From a virus, in IMG/VR virus record IMGVR_UViG_3300032288_004702, positions 92,277 to 156,276 of that record: a stretch of 64,000 nt of DNA; one strand, written 5' to 3'. Position numbers and translations under genes: made by a program. Shown here piece by piece: positions 55,801 to 64,000 of this stretch (position 1 is the first letter of the stretch; each line of letters opens with the position of its first letter). The notes beneath the pieces are model-generated. The model saw only the letters and a program-made list of their open reading frames with translations, did not search any database and was not told the origin of the DNA.

Positions 55801-58800
55801 GTAGTAATGCTGCGTTGCGTCGTATATTGCCTTTACTACAGAACGAATTATTTCTGACTGTTTTTCACTAAGTTCTGGCGCATCGTCAAAAGCAAGGTCT
55901 CCAAGTTCTGAGCGCAGTTCAACCGGAACGGCAGAATCATAGAGAATATCGTCGCGCTTTCCGCGCACTCCTCCGTACCATCCGACGGCGTCATCTAGCC
56001 CAAACATTTTTCGCGCCTCGTGCTGTATCGCCAGGGCTACTGGGTTTGAGTTGTTGGAAGAAATAGCCCATGTATGGATGATGTCGGAAACTATTGCCAA
56101 TCGCGCTTCTCTAATCCCATCAGGTGTGTTTATATCGAAAAATGAAACACCACTCTTCTGTTCGTAACGAGCTTTGTAATCTTCAGCATTCCCGGATATG
56201 AAGCGCAACCTATTTATCAAGAAGTTTTTGAGTAAGTCTTTGGTTTCAGGTGAATCGACATTTGTTTCGTTTATGTCTACTATTCCTGCAGCGGCTATTT
56301 TGTTTAAAAAGTCATCTTTTGCACCAAATGTTACGTAGAGGCGGTCATAGGCTCTATGTTGTTCGTCTGTACGCTCTAGCTCTGGAACAATTTTCCCGTC
56401 CCTAATCAAAAGTTTAAAATCTTTTGCGAATTGGTCGCTTATAGAGCCAGTTGTAGAAATTAAAGCCATGCCGGGCTTTCCGGTGCGCGGGTCAATTTCG
56501 CCAACGGGGGAGAAAATTATGGCTAAACCCTCTCCATCTTTCAACGGTCGACCCGTCATTGGGTTTGTTCTGGTCTTGCCATTTGTGCCGCGTATTTCAG
56601 AAAGTAGGTCGCCAAACATTGTCCTAAGCTGGATACCGAAACTGACTAGTTCTCTCTTAATTTCGTCTCCCCCAAGACGGGAACCCAGGTATGGGGTAAG
56701 TACAGACTTCTCGTCTCCGAATGCAACTTTTGTTAATTCATCCCACTTGTCGCCAAACAAGTCATCGTATGAGTATTTTTCCAGCTCGTCTATTATTTCA
56801 TCGAACCAGAATCTCTTTTGGATTAGTTTGTCGTGCTTCTCCACGGACACCAATGAGCCTGTTGACCTATCGATGGCAAATCTTCCAGCGGCACTCTTTT
56901 CTTCTTCCGTTGCGTTTTCCGGCAGATTATCAATGGCGTCAAACAGAGCTTTCAGTGCTTTGAAATTCGGAGCTGAACGGAAAAATCTGCTTTGAGCCAA
57001 TGAATCCATTCCGCTTGCTGCCACTGACTCCTGAGAGAACGATTCAATAAATTCACGCGGGTCAATCTGGGTAGTTTCTGCGATGTTTGACGCAATCATT
57101 CGTTTCGCCGAGGAGCTAGCTTTTCTGTCCTCCTCTGATGAAAACATACTCACGCCAAATCCAGTTACGTCAAGCGGAGATAGGCCCCCGATTACTGGGT
57201 CAAGAACCATTGCCCTCACGTCATGTTCTAGTTCCGCAGTCAAATCGTCTTCGGAGGGGATAGGGAGAGCGGCGCGCAGACGCTCAGATGGCTCTACGGA
57301 AAAGGAGACTAGTCCCTCTGGTCTTTTAGGTGCTTCAAATGTGTATGGTTCCGGAGTTTGTTCAGGCTGTTCGGCGGCCTGGTCTGCCCCTATGAGCTGC
57401 CTTAGTGCCCTGGCCATGCGCCCCCTGCGCTTTTCCCTCTCTGGCCTTTGCTTCGCGCCAGAGGAAAGCCTTATTATCGGTCTTCCGTCAGCAGTTTTCT
57501 CCCACGGCAAGTCATCTGGGTCTACTCCGGCAAGTGTATATATGTCTTCGCGCAGCTTTTTGCTTAATGCAATTTTGGGCATGTCTTTATTCGGGTGCAT
57601 TATCGCAACAAAGGCTTCTGCTATGGCTTCTCTTTTGTTTACATTGCCATATGACGTTGCAGTCAAAGCCTTGTCGGGGTGAGCTGAAAACATCTCAGTG
57701 GCATCGCGGCCGGTGAGGTCTACAAATTCTGTATAAATACCTATCGCTTCTTCATCTGTTTCCGGGTTCGCGTACTCTTCTGCGACATCTAATGCAGCAA
57801 GGTATCTCGGGTCATCCATCTTCCCGCTTCCGTAATAGGAGCGAGCCTTGCCGTTTTTCCCATTTGTCTCTGTGTCCCATATTGCCCTGTAATGGAGCCA
57901 GTGACCATATTCATGTATGACAGTGCCATATAGTGACCTGTCGATATGCGCATCGCGCGGTTCTGGAACTCTGTTTGGAGTTAGCTCTAGTGGATAAACA
58001 CCCTTTTCATCGCTTGTTAGCGACTCCCTGTCAATAAGGGCGCGCGGGGTAAGACCAACGAGCCCAAATTCCCTGGATGCTAGTCCGCTGACAAAGGGAG
58101 TTTTGTCAACGCCCCGTTGCTTCCGAAGAAGCTCCATTCTCTCTTTGACGTCAGGGCTATTTTCATACCCATCTATTGCTTCACGCGTGAATGCAACAAT
58201 CATCGGAGAGCCGAAATTTTGGAACATCCATAGCATTTGCGGTGATGATTCGAGCATCCCACGAACAAGGTCCTGAGTTGCCTTTACCGCTTCCGGAGAG
58301 TAATCGGGAGCGAGATTATTCTTATCCTTACTTAACTCGTCATAATATTTTTTTAAGAACTTTCGCCATTTCCTATTTGTGCGCCAGTTATCTCCGGCTA
58401 TGTCGTCTGCCCACATTTCAAAGTGTTGTTCTGGCGTAGTTGGTACAACAACACGCGATATTTCGTCTGGGGTCATTCCAGACAGCCATGTTGAAGAATT
58501 TTTGCGCACTTCTTTTCCAGAAGCGTCCGGCTGACCGTAGCCCTTGACATTGCGTCTACCGGGCTGAACTGGCTCCCGCCCTTGTGTTGGCTTCATGGCG
58601 ATAGTCGGCCTCTCCCCACCAGAGGCAAGCCTGTCATAAACACGAACTTCGTAGCCGTTTCGCTTTTCCTTCACCCAATCATTAAACCCTGACTGGCTCA
58701 TATCGTTCGTGTCAGAAAAATCTGTGTCCTCTGGAAAGCTGTTTAGTACTTCAACCTCTAGCTGCCTAGATTCAGCCCACGACTCCAGCTTTCTTAAGAA

Positions 58801-61800
58801 ATTGTCTATCGCGTCGATACTTTCGTTTTTTTCAAATTCTAAGTTGAAACTAACCTGACCATCATTGTCCTGGTTTACGTTCGACGCTTTGATTTTTTCC
58901 TGGTTTAGTAAGGTATTTATTTTTCTTACGGTTGGCGGGCCCGACCATTTGCCGGAAGAAAGCTTGTCTATGTACTCTTTCTTAAGGGCCCTGAACTCTT
59001 CAACTTCAGCATCGAACTGGTCAAGCTTTTCTTTCCATATTGCGTCACGCTTTTCTTTGCTTAGAACGTCTTTTGACCAATCGTTTTTTATTGCCCCGTC
59101 AATTGTCTTTAAAAGGACCTCATTGAGGACTTCTGCGTCCGCGTCTGCGTTATGGTGCTTATCTCCGAGGTCAACATCCAGGTATTCCGTGATTGCCTTA
59201 AGGCTGCTGGACGGAACGTTTTGGTTCTTGCGCTTGTCGAATATGTGCGGTCCATCTGGGGAATCTTCTGACCATTTTGGAAGAGCAAGAGATGCAATCG
59301 CCCTAGTATCCACCCACCCAGACGGTCTCCAGTCGGTTCCCATTGATTCAAGTGCGGTATCCAGAACCTGCTTGTCGAATACGGCATTTTGGGCCCCAAA
59401 CAAAGCATCTGGGCCAGCAAAGTCCATCAACATTTGATGTGCCTGCTCTATAGATGGCTTGTCGTTAAAAAACTCATCAGTGAGAAGTTCGCCGTTTGGT
59501 CCCTTGAGGTTATCCCTAGACCAACCCTCCCATTCGTCCTTCTTCATCCCTGGGTCTACGTAAACATTAAAACGGTCTACTATTTCTCCGTTTTTTACCT
59601 TTACTGCACCGATTTGTACTGGAGCGCCATTACCGGACGGCTCATTGAAGTCGTCAAAAACAAGCCCTGTTGTTTCATAATCAAGAAATACAAGTTCCGC
59701 GTCATAGTATTTCTCTTTGAACTCTTCCCACGAGTCAGCCTGAAACAACTCGTCTGCCTTGCCGAGAAATGGCCCATAGGTAGGTTGACGTGGATACTGC
59801 GGTGGTTTTCCGCTGCTCAGCGTAGTATCGGAATCAATATTGTCTAGCGCTACTTCTTTCGCCCCAGAACTGAGTTTGCCCTGACCGGAAAGTTTGACGT
59901 CCCAGATTTCACGTCCATCATCCGTCTGCGTCTTCTTAACCAGCTTGTATGTTGCACCAGCGGGCAGTAATACTTCGTGTTCATTTATTCCGAAATATCT
60001 TTCGTCGAGAGGCTTCCGGGTATCAAAGTTTTCCAGGTTATAGTCATTTGGGCGTTTAGATATGTATCTGCCACGTGTGTTCTTTGTTGTCAATAAGCGA
60101 AGAACTATTGGCCTTTTGTCTCCCATTCCAGAGTATTGGCCTGGGGCCATAACTGTAAAGCTCTGGAAGCCCCTATCGCCAAATGTATCACCCTCTTTAA
60201 GTGATGCAATTTCTGGCGTATTCCCGATTGACCTATACAACGTTATGCCGGCGGTTATTCTGTTGTCCATTAGGAGCCGCTGCGTAGACGCATATTCGTC
60301 CAGGTTGGGGGACCGCGGGTCATCAAATGTGTAACCCAGCCTTAGTGAGTCATTAATTACTGACCCAAAATCTTTATACTCAGTTATTTTTTCAAGAGCT
60401 CCATCGTATTTAGGCAAAGACGCATCTATATCGTTTTTTTCAAACACTCTAGATATGAGTCTGTATAGTGATTCTGGAGTGAGCAATGCTCCCTCTTCCC
60501 ACGTGTCATAGTCGCCGTCGTACAGCTCGGATACGTGGACTCCACGAGAGCTACGCTTAGTTGAGCCGGACGATAGGCGTCCAGTGGATGCCCCAACAAG
60601 CTGTTTTAGGGGTCGTGTATAGAAAAATTGGGACTTGGCGTTAGAGAACACCTTATATGCGCCGGGGAAATCAACTAGCTCTTCCGCCGTTGCTTCGGTC
60701 TCAAAAAGTCCGGTGCCTTCATTTTTTACATACAGAGAAGATATTCTCTTTCTGTCTTCATCCGAAAAAAGTTCTGGACTGGATTTAATTGCTTCGTCGA
60801 TTATTCCTATGAACTTTTGTTTATCAGTTTCTCCGCCCCATGAGAATCCGTTTTTGGGCCAATGAACTGCCCCAATCGAAGAGACATCAGAAGAGCCATA
60901 TGTAATAATTGAACTTACGCCAAGTTCGTTATATATTTGCTCATTTCTCGCATTAAAAGCAGAACCCAACCCCTGCCCCTGTGCATTTTTGTTTATATAG
61001 AACGAATCGTGAGACATTACTTTGATGTCTTTGTCATCGTTGGTTATATGAAGAAGCCCCCTATATGCGGTTGCAAGGGCTGGCATATCGTATTCACTGG
61101 ACGCAAATCGCTGCTTATCGCTATCATCAAGCGCGCTGAGCACATCGTCTTTGTATTGAGGCAGCGGTGTAATTCTTAATTGAAGCGATACTTCTGCAAG
61201 CAAATCCCCTTCGTCCAGGAGTTTGTCAAACACCTGCATCTCATCCTGCTCGGCAACGTCCTTATCCGTGATTTTGTCTATTTTAAAAACTGGGCTATAT
61301 TTGGATGGGGTACGACCCGGGTGTACTTCTATCAATACCCTATTGCCGATGTTGAGCTTCTTCCCGTCCGCTGTTGTAAGAATGATGTCTCTGTCTAGCT
61401 CCATTTCACCGCGGAAGGCATCGGCCAAAAGATTAAGTAGCTTTTGTTTTTTCGAGGACCTGTCATCGTCTTCTTGTAGAAGCTTTAAGGGAAGTGGTTC
61501 CGGCATCCCCGGCGGACGTGGCGGACGCGGTGCATTGCCATCAATTATGTAAGTGTCTTCTGTTTTAAACTCATCTGAATCTAAATCATCCAAAAATTTA
61601 GATATTATTTCTTTGATTTTCTCATCAACTGGCGGCTGTGAGTCGACTATCTCCTGATACTTTTTTCCGGAAGATAGCCTGTTGCCCGTGTCGGGATACT
61701 CCGTTCCCCTGTTTGAGTAAATCTTATTACCGCTTGATTTTGGCTTATCGTTATCGCCACCGATTCCGACCCAGACCGGTTTAGTCGTACCCTCGTCAGC

Positions 61801-62058
61801 CCAGCCATCGCCATCGATGTCTCTTCTAGACCCGGTCGGGGTGCGCGTTCCCGGCTTTCCGCCTGTTGGCAGGTCAAATCCGCCACGCCCCCGTCTGTCT
61901 CTGTTTCTGCGTCCATCGCCTATCGTGGGCCTATCTATAGCCCTAGAGCCCAAATAGCGCCCCAGTCTTCCTAGGGTCGATTTTTCCTCTTGTTCGGCAC
62001 GGGCGGCACGGCGCGACTCATCGAAGGGAATAGGGAACTCTTTGTTATCTGCAGACAT
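52873..62058 (-). CDS. 3061-aa polyvalent multi-effector protein (GNAT, ART, DEDDh exonuclease, zincin, second ART, HDxxGH domain) with ten [R/K]LSSG linkers
   Basis: AQGQGLG; LYRS..FQSFT..EHEVLLP; LDYETTG..NAVFD..HNADAD; HEYGH..EAIAE; VWRG..LSSWT..EDEVV; HDLFGH. Confidence 0.85.
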   Translation of the reverse strand: MSADNKEFPIPFDESRRAARAEQEEKSTLGRLGRYLGSRAIDRPTIGDGRRNRDRRGRGGFDLPTGGKPGTRTPTGSRRDIDGDGWADEGTTKPVWVGIGGDNDKPKSSGNKIYSNRGTEYPDTGNRLSSGKKYQEIVDSQPPVDEKIKEIISKFLDDLDSDEFKTEDTYIIDGNAPRPPRPPGMPEPLPLKLLQEDDDRSSKKQKLLNLLADAFRGEMELDRDIILTTADGKKLNIGNRVLIEVHPGRTPSKYSPVFKIDKITDKDVAEQDEMQVFDKLLDEGDLLAEVSLQLRITPLPQYKDDVLSALDDSDKQRFASSEYDMPALATAYRGLLHITNDDKDIKVMSHDSFYINKNAQGQGLGSAFNARNEQIYNELGVSSIITYGSSDVSSIGAVHWPKNGFSWGGETDKQKFIGIIDEAIKSSPELFSDEDRKRISSLYVKNEGTGLFETEATAEELVDFPGAYKVFSNAKSQFFYTRPLKQLVGASTGRLSSGSTKRSSRGVHVSELYDGDYDTWEEGALLTPESLYRLISRVFEKNDIDASLPKYDGALEKITEYKDFGSVINDSLRLGYTFDDPRSPNLDEYASTQRLLMDNRITAGITLYRSIGNTPEIASLKEGDTFGDRGFQSFTVMAPGQYSGMGDKRPIVLRLLTTKNTRGRYISKRPNDYNLENFDTRKPLDERYFGINEHEVLLPAGATYKLVKKTQTDDGREIWDVKLSGQGKLSSGAKEVALDNIDSDTTLSSGKPPQYPRQPTYGPFLGKADELFQADSWEEFKEKYYDAELVFLDYETTGLVFDDFNEPSGNGAPVQIGAVKVKNGEIVDRFNVYVDPGMKKDEWEGWSRDNLKGPNGELLTDEFFNDKPSIEQAHQMLMDFAGPDALFGAQNAVFDKQVLDTALESMGTDWRPSGWVDTRAIASLALPKWSEDSPDGPHIFDKRKNQNVPSSSLKAITEYLDVDLGDKHHNADADAEVLNEVLLKTIDGAIKNDWSKDVLSKEKRDAIWKEKLDQFDAEVEEFRALKKEYIDKLSSGKWSGPPTVRKINTLLNQEKIKASNVNQDNDGQVSFNLEFEKNESIDAIDNFLRKLESWAESRQLEVEVLNSFPEDTDFSDTNDMSQSGFNDWVKEKRNGYEVRVYDRLASGGERPTIAMKPTQGREPVQPGRRNVKGYGQPDASGKEVRKNSSTWLSGMTPDEISRVVVPTTPEQHFEMWADDIAGDNWRTNRKWRKFLKKYYDELSKDKNNLAPDYSPEAVKATQDLVRGMLESSPQMLWMFQNFGSPMIVAFTREAIDGYENSPDVKERMELLRKQRGVDKTPFVSGLASREFGLVGLTPRALIDRESLTSDEKGVYPLELTPNRVPEPRDAHIDRSLYGTVIHEYGHWLHYRAIWDTETNGKNGKARSYYGSGKMDDPRYLAALDVAEEYANPETDEEAIGIYTEFVDLTGRDATEMFSAHPDKALTATSYGNVNKREAIAEAFVAIMHPNKDMPKIALSKKLREDIYTLAGVDPDDLPWEKTADGRPIIRLSSGAKQRPEREKRRGRMARALRQLIGADQAAEQPEQTPEPYTFEAPKRPEGLVSFSVEPSERLRAALPIPSEDDLTAELEHDVRAMVLDPVIGGLSPLDVTGFGVSMFSSEEDRKASSSAKRMIASNIAETTQIDPREFIESFSQESVAASGMDSLAQSRFFRSAPNFKALKALFDAIDNLPENATEEEKSAAGRFAIDRSTGSLVSVEKHDKLIQKRFWFDEIIDELEKYSYDDLFGDKWDELTKVAFGDEKSVLTPYLGSRLGGDEIKRELVSFGIQLRTMFGDLLSEIRGTNGKTRTNPMTGRPLKDGEGLAIIFSPVGEIDPRTGKPGMALISTTGSISDQFAKDFKLLIRDGKIVPELERTDEQHRAYDRLYVTFGAKDDFLNKIAAAGIVDINETNVDSPETKDLLKNFLINRLRFISGNAEDYKARYEQKSGVSFFDINTPDGIREARLAIVSDIIHTWAISSNNSNPVALAIQHEARKMFGLDDAVGWYGGVRGKRDDILYDSAVPVELRSELGDLAFDDAPELSEKQSEIIRSVVKAIYDATQHYYKSKGITHIGVWRGMKATPKMAVERGEIAERQVAMRPLSSWTTSSTMAQAFSTSLAASKKPGIDALEEAQAVFDANILMKAYVPVEQIFSNPLTGFGCLGEDEVVLLGRLTDTRMITPPANLLLEMPSDGEATEEARQIVQQTLDMATGRDKVTNVAYRKLRNLGFDDFNSADTQNSSSRLSSGARLYPVTEDLPLEGELSVAETTGVSEGNIPKIAFGKRIAAILENKLGITIDDYQRSTIESVLPNLLRVLNKKRLQEVTPHSVFSDTGRKLLDSISISIATDGIPFVSADPIPQIAEQMPKRIDWRKIELPSRGSLLPVLDKAVANSLRFDDENKEWVDVLGNVVAKQVSVNGESVLKYTDDAAKAKFPLLEAIAPKGYVLPSDAIGNGALSRDALPGIYGEAWRKHSEFMMGLAAKAGAALGDDSLFMGTKGQDLGSFLESYIGGIENPLYFNMGLSGKALQALHDLFGHLGTGRAFDRHGEWANDIAMMSMADHPDSPLSDLEKLAVRHLHFQIYAARRLGHSRRDDSGDPGFVNAPAELFGIREGELKGRRVSLVYAGNFREAVDEMEKISINNKLSSGRKKIQDAPKEDIELALAQDIIGRSKSRARRFKSSKSNRLSSGKVIKYNLIEARMKASDMRVTFNRDPERVAAVKATLTKGFMGGFTVEVDKMDDVKEGIAIARNRHGMKVDAVADFDAEGNPSDELVETFLAWMDFHGPKTFANPQPGADKTTIGGWVSDGTVYLDVVDVYPNNEDNLSRAADMGLKEDQIAVTDLNRLWDLLGRGEDPSPAFIDSGGTGGFTLDDESVRKVSAAISELKSNKFNTGSSHLKRIGNTRKFTNGPITAARRVRNTDFATGESRDYWVISGANGLVKVFTHDQYIKVRDRKIQGLFDKMSSPSDVLKSMFESKNLKPSATMSFSGGRNVGRPKISKDHKGRGLAAAMANLYGFANDLNNVGVQMGDKVVAAMA

Positions 62059-62096
62059 TTAAATAAATAATACCATTGAGCCAATACTGGCTTGGA

Positions 62097-62429
62097 TTAC
62101 AAACGATTTCCGCATTTGGTACATATTTTCGCCCACGGGTAGAACCGCATCATGTTCATTGGATGGTCGCACTCCAGGAGGCGCTTGGCCTCGGCATTTA
62201 ATATGTTTCGAATCCACGCAGAGAGCGTTACATGCTCGAGGGACGCGGCTTCTTTCCATCTGTTTCGTTCATAGTCGTTTGTCCTGATTAGGACTTGCTT
62301 GTCAGCAGGGCCGTCCTCAGCGCTAATTAGCGGGGAAACGGTTGGCGTAATACTCTCCGCCACCCTGTCCATAGCTGAACGAATATTGTCTTGCTCGTCA
62401 GTGCCGTTATTCTGTGTCATCGTTGCCAA
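62097..62429 (-). CDS. RHH-like protein with C-terminal zinc ribbon
   Basis: VLIRTNDYERNRWKEAA..LSAWIRNIL; CDHP..CTKCG. Confidence 0.6.
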   Translation of the reverse strand: MATMTQNNGTDEQDNIRSAMDRVAESITPTVSPLISAEDGPADKQVLIRTNDYERNRWKEAASLEHVTLSAWIRNILNAEAKRLLECDHPMNMMRFYPWAKICTKCGNRL

Positions 62430-63072
62430 ATGTCCTGTATTCAGATACTTCCTCTGAATCAGATACTACTTCAGCATCGATAATCTCATTGTCAGATTCT
62501 TGCTGTCGCGCAAGAATTGTTGAAACAGTTTCTTCTGGCAAAACACCGGATATGGCCATTAATTCAAGAAGCTTCCTAGCCTCTGATTCTGCGTCAAATC
62601 CAGATGCTGGCATTGTTACGCCGGGCTGACCAGCAATGGTGGCTCTTATTGCCCCGTTGATATTTGCGTCAACATTTACATTAACGTTTGTCTGCTCCAT
62701 GCCGAGCAATTTCGTTCTTCTGTCCATTATTGACAGAACCTGCTGAATTGCTTTTAGGTCTGGCTCTACCTGCATTTCCGTTCCATCGTCCATGACGACC
62801 CTTCTGTGCTGGGTCATTGGCCAAATGGCCTGCTGGAGGTTGTCTAGGCGCTCAAGCTCCATTCTGAGCACTTCTGGGTAAGCGAGAATCGCCTCTTTGT
62901 TCATCTTTTCTAGCTGCCTCTGGATAGACCGCGAGACAGATGACGTGGATATGCCAAAACGACGGGCTATTTCATTGACCGACGTTCCGGCCTGGCGCAT
63001 CTTGAAAATGCGCATATCTCTTTCGTTTAGAAATTCTTTAGTTGTAATTGGTTTTGATTTTTCATCACTCAT
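62407..63072 (-). CDS. HTH protein, terminase-small-subunit-like
   Basis: RQAGTSVNEIARRFGIS; LERLDNL..W..DLKAI..VLSIMDRRTKLLG. Confidence 0.6.
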   Translation of the reverse strand: MSDEKSKPITTKEFLNERDMRIFKMRQAGTSVNEIARRFGISTSSVSRSIQRQLEKMNKEAILAYPEVLRMELERLDNLQQAIWPMTQHRRVVMDDGTEMQVEPDLKAIQQVLSIMDRRTKLLGMEQTNVNVNVDANINGAIRATIAGQPGVTMPASGFDAESEARKLLELMAISGVLPEETVSTILARQQESDNEIIDAEVVSDSEEVSEYRTFGNDDTE

Positions 63073-64000
63073 TTGACAGCCTTAGACCACTCGATGACCT
63101 CAAATGGGAATCTGACGCCTCTCTTCATTTTAGTCGGCCATTGGCGCTCGTCACGGGCACCACGGAAATGGCGTACATCGTAGACGTAGGCCCCAAGTGC
63201 AGTTGGGTCAGGCTGAAGCGAAATGCCAAATTCTGGCCACCTAGACCAAACAGCAGAGCCAAATGGACGAAGGTCTCTGCTGGTCATGCTTGTCCCAAGA
63301 GGTGCATGATGCTCAATCCATAGAGCACACTTATAAATGGTCCTGATTGTGTCAAGATATTTTGCAACCTCGAGGGCAATGGATTCAGAAGTTCGTCCGC
63401 CTGGGTCGAGGAATGCTTTATAGAGCGGACCAATGACCAACAGTTCTGGCTTTACCCTGTCTAACGTGTCTTCAAGGATTGCCCTATCCGATGCTTTCAG
63501 TAGGTCCATGCCTGATGGTCGCGTAAGAAGCTCTGCATTTAAGCGTGAAACTCGCGCGTGGGACATTGCCTGCATCGCTATTGAGCGTCCAGTTCGGCGG
63601 ATAATTCTGTCTGGATTTTCTAGGTCAACAGTAAGTGTTTTAATTGGTGCCATTGGCTGGAATGAGAATGGGTGTACCCCAGCTGCTGAAAGCAATGCAA
63701 CCTGACGCGCAAGCATTGTCTTGCCGACACCCTCTGCTGCGACGACAATGACCCTCTCTCCTCTTTCAATCAAGCCAGGGATTGCCCATTCATAAGAGTC
63801 TCCATCTGTTTCCTTGAGGAAATCATTCCAATGGACAAGCCTGCCAGTGTCAAGCGTAAAAGATACGGTTGCTGTCGAAAGTATTAGATTGCTTTTTGCA
63901 ATCTTCTGCTTGGTATTTAGGTCGTCCCTATCGAGAAGCTCTTTCAGTTTGAGGAGAGCAAGCCCCTCTGGAGAAGCTTCTTCGTCTATCTGGTGTTGCT
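63069..64000 (-). CDS. RepA/AAA_25-type helicase domain (5'-truncated by the window edge)
   Basis: AAEGVGKT, VDLEN, IEHH, PFGSAVW; frame stays open to the window end. Confidence 0.8.
   Translation of the reverse strand, partial: QHQIDEEASPEGLALLKLKELLDRDDLNTKQKIAKSNLILSTATVSFTLDTGRLVHWNDFLKETDGDSYEWAIPGLIERGERVIVVAAEGVGKTMLARQVALLSAAGVHPFSFQPMAPIKTLTVDLENPDRIIRRTGRSIAMQAMSHARVSRLNAELLTRPSGMDLLKASDRAILEDTLDRVKPELLVIGPLYKAFLDPGGRTSESIALEVAKYLDTIRTIYKCALWIEHHAPLGTSMTSRDLRPFGSAVWSRWPEFGISLQPDPTALGAYVYDVRHFRGARDERQWPTKMKRGVRFPFEVIEWSKAVK

Noticed and set aside
58951-59808. Separate dnaQ gene, or inteins within the giant ORF
   Set aside because: The exonuclease is in frame with no stop, and no intein C/S...HN motifs or LAGLIDADG signatures were seen.

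Overview
This 64 kb window is best read as part of a large tailed-phage genome infecting an actinobacterium. Supporting genes are WhiB, an Rpf-type muralytic protein, a DUF732-like lipoprotein, SSB, ThyX, a terminase-small-like HTH, a RepA/AAA_25 helicase and 10 canonical tRNAs. No ribosomal or other cellular housekeeping genes are present. It has three zones. (1) About 0.2-7 kb holds regulatory and replication-associated small genes, tRNA-Thr and a candidate two-hairpin sRNA. (2) About 7-39.2 kb is a GC-richer array of roughly 24 short transcription units. Each is driven by a near-identical promoter (TT[G/C]GGAAGnCTG..-N-TGG-TAnnnT) and usually preceded by a 110-140 bp GGAGCCCCG/CGGGGCTCC inverted-repeat element, and the whole zone is saturated with about 110 copies of GTAGATAA, including inside coding sequences. 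It also carries a MoxR AAA+/vWA pair, a SNF2 helicase, DUF932, a ParA-like ATPase and a histone-like protein. (3) About 39.2-64 kb is an AT-richer core with rmlABCD, thyX, a tRNA cluster, thioredoxin, ssb and a 3061-aa multi-effector protein (GNAT, two ADP-ribosyltransferases, DEDDh exonuclease, zincin). Its domains are separated by ten copies of a [R/K]LSSG peptide. The strongest candidates for undescribed biology are the LSSG-punctuated polyprotein and the promoter/motif array together with an sRNA whose two loops are antisense to the shared leaders of the array genes. All counts and family assignments were made by eye, without database searches.
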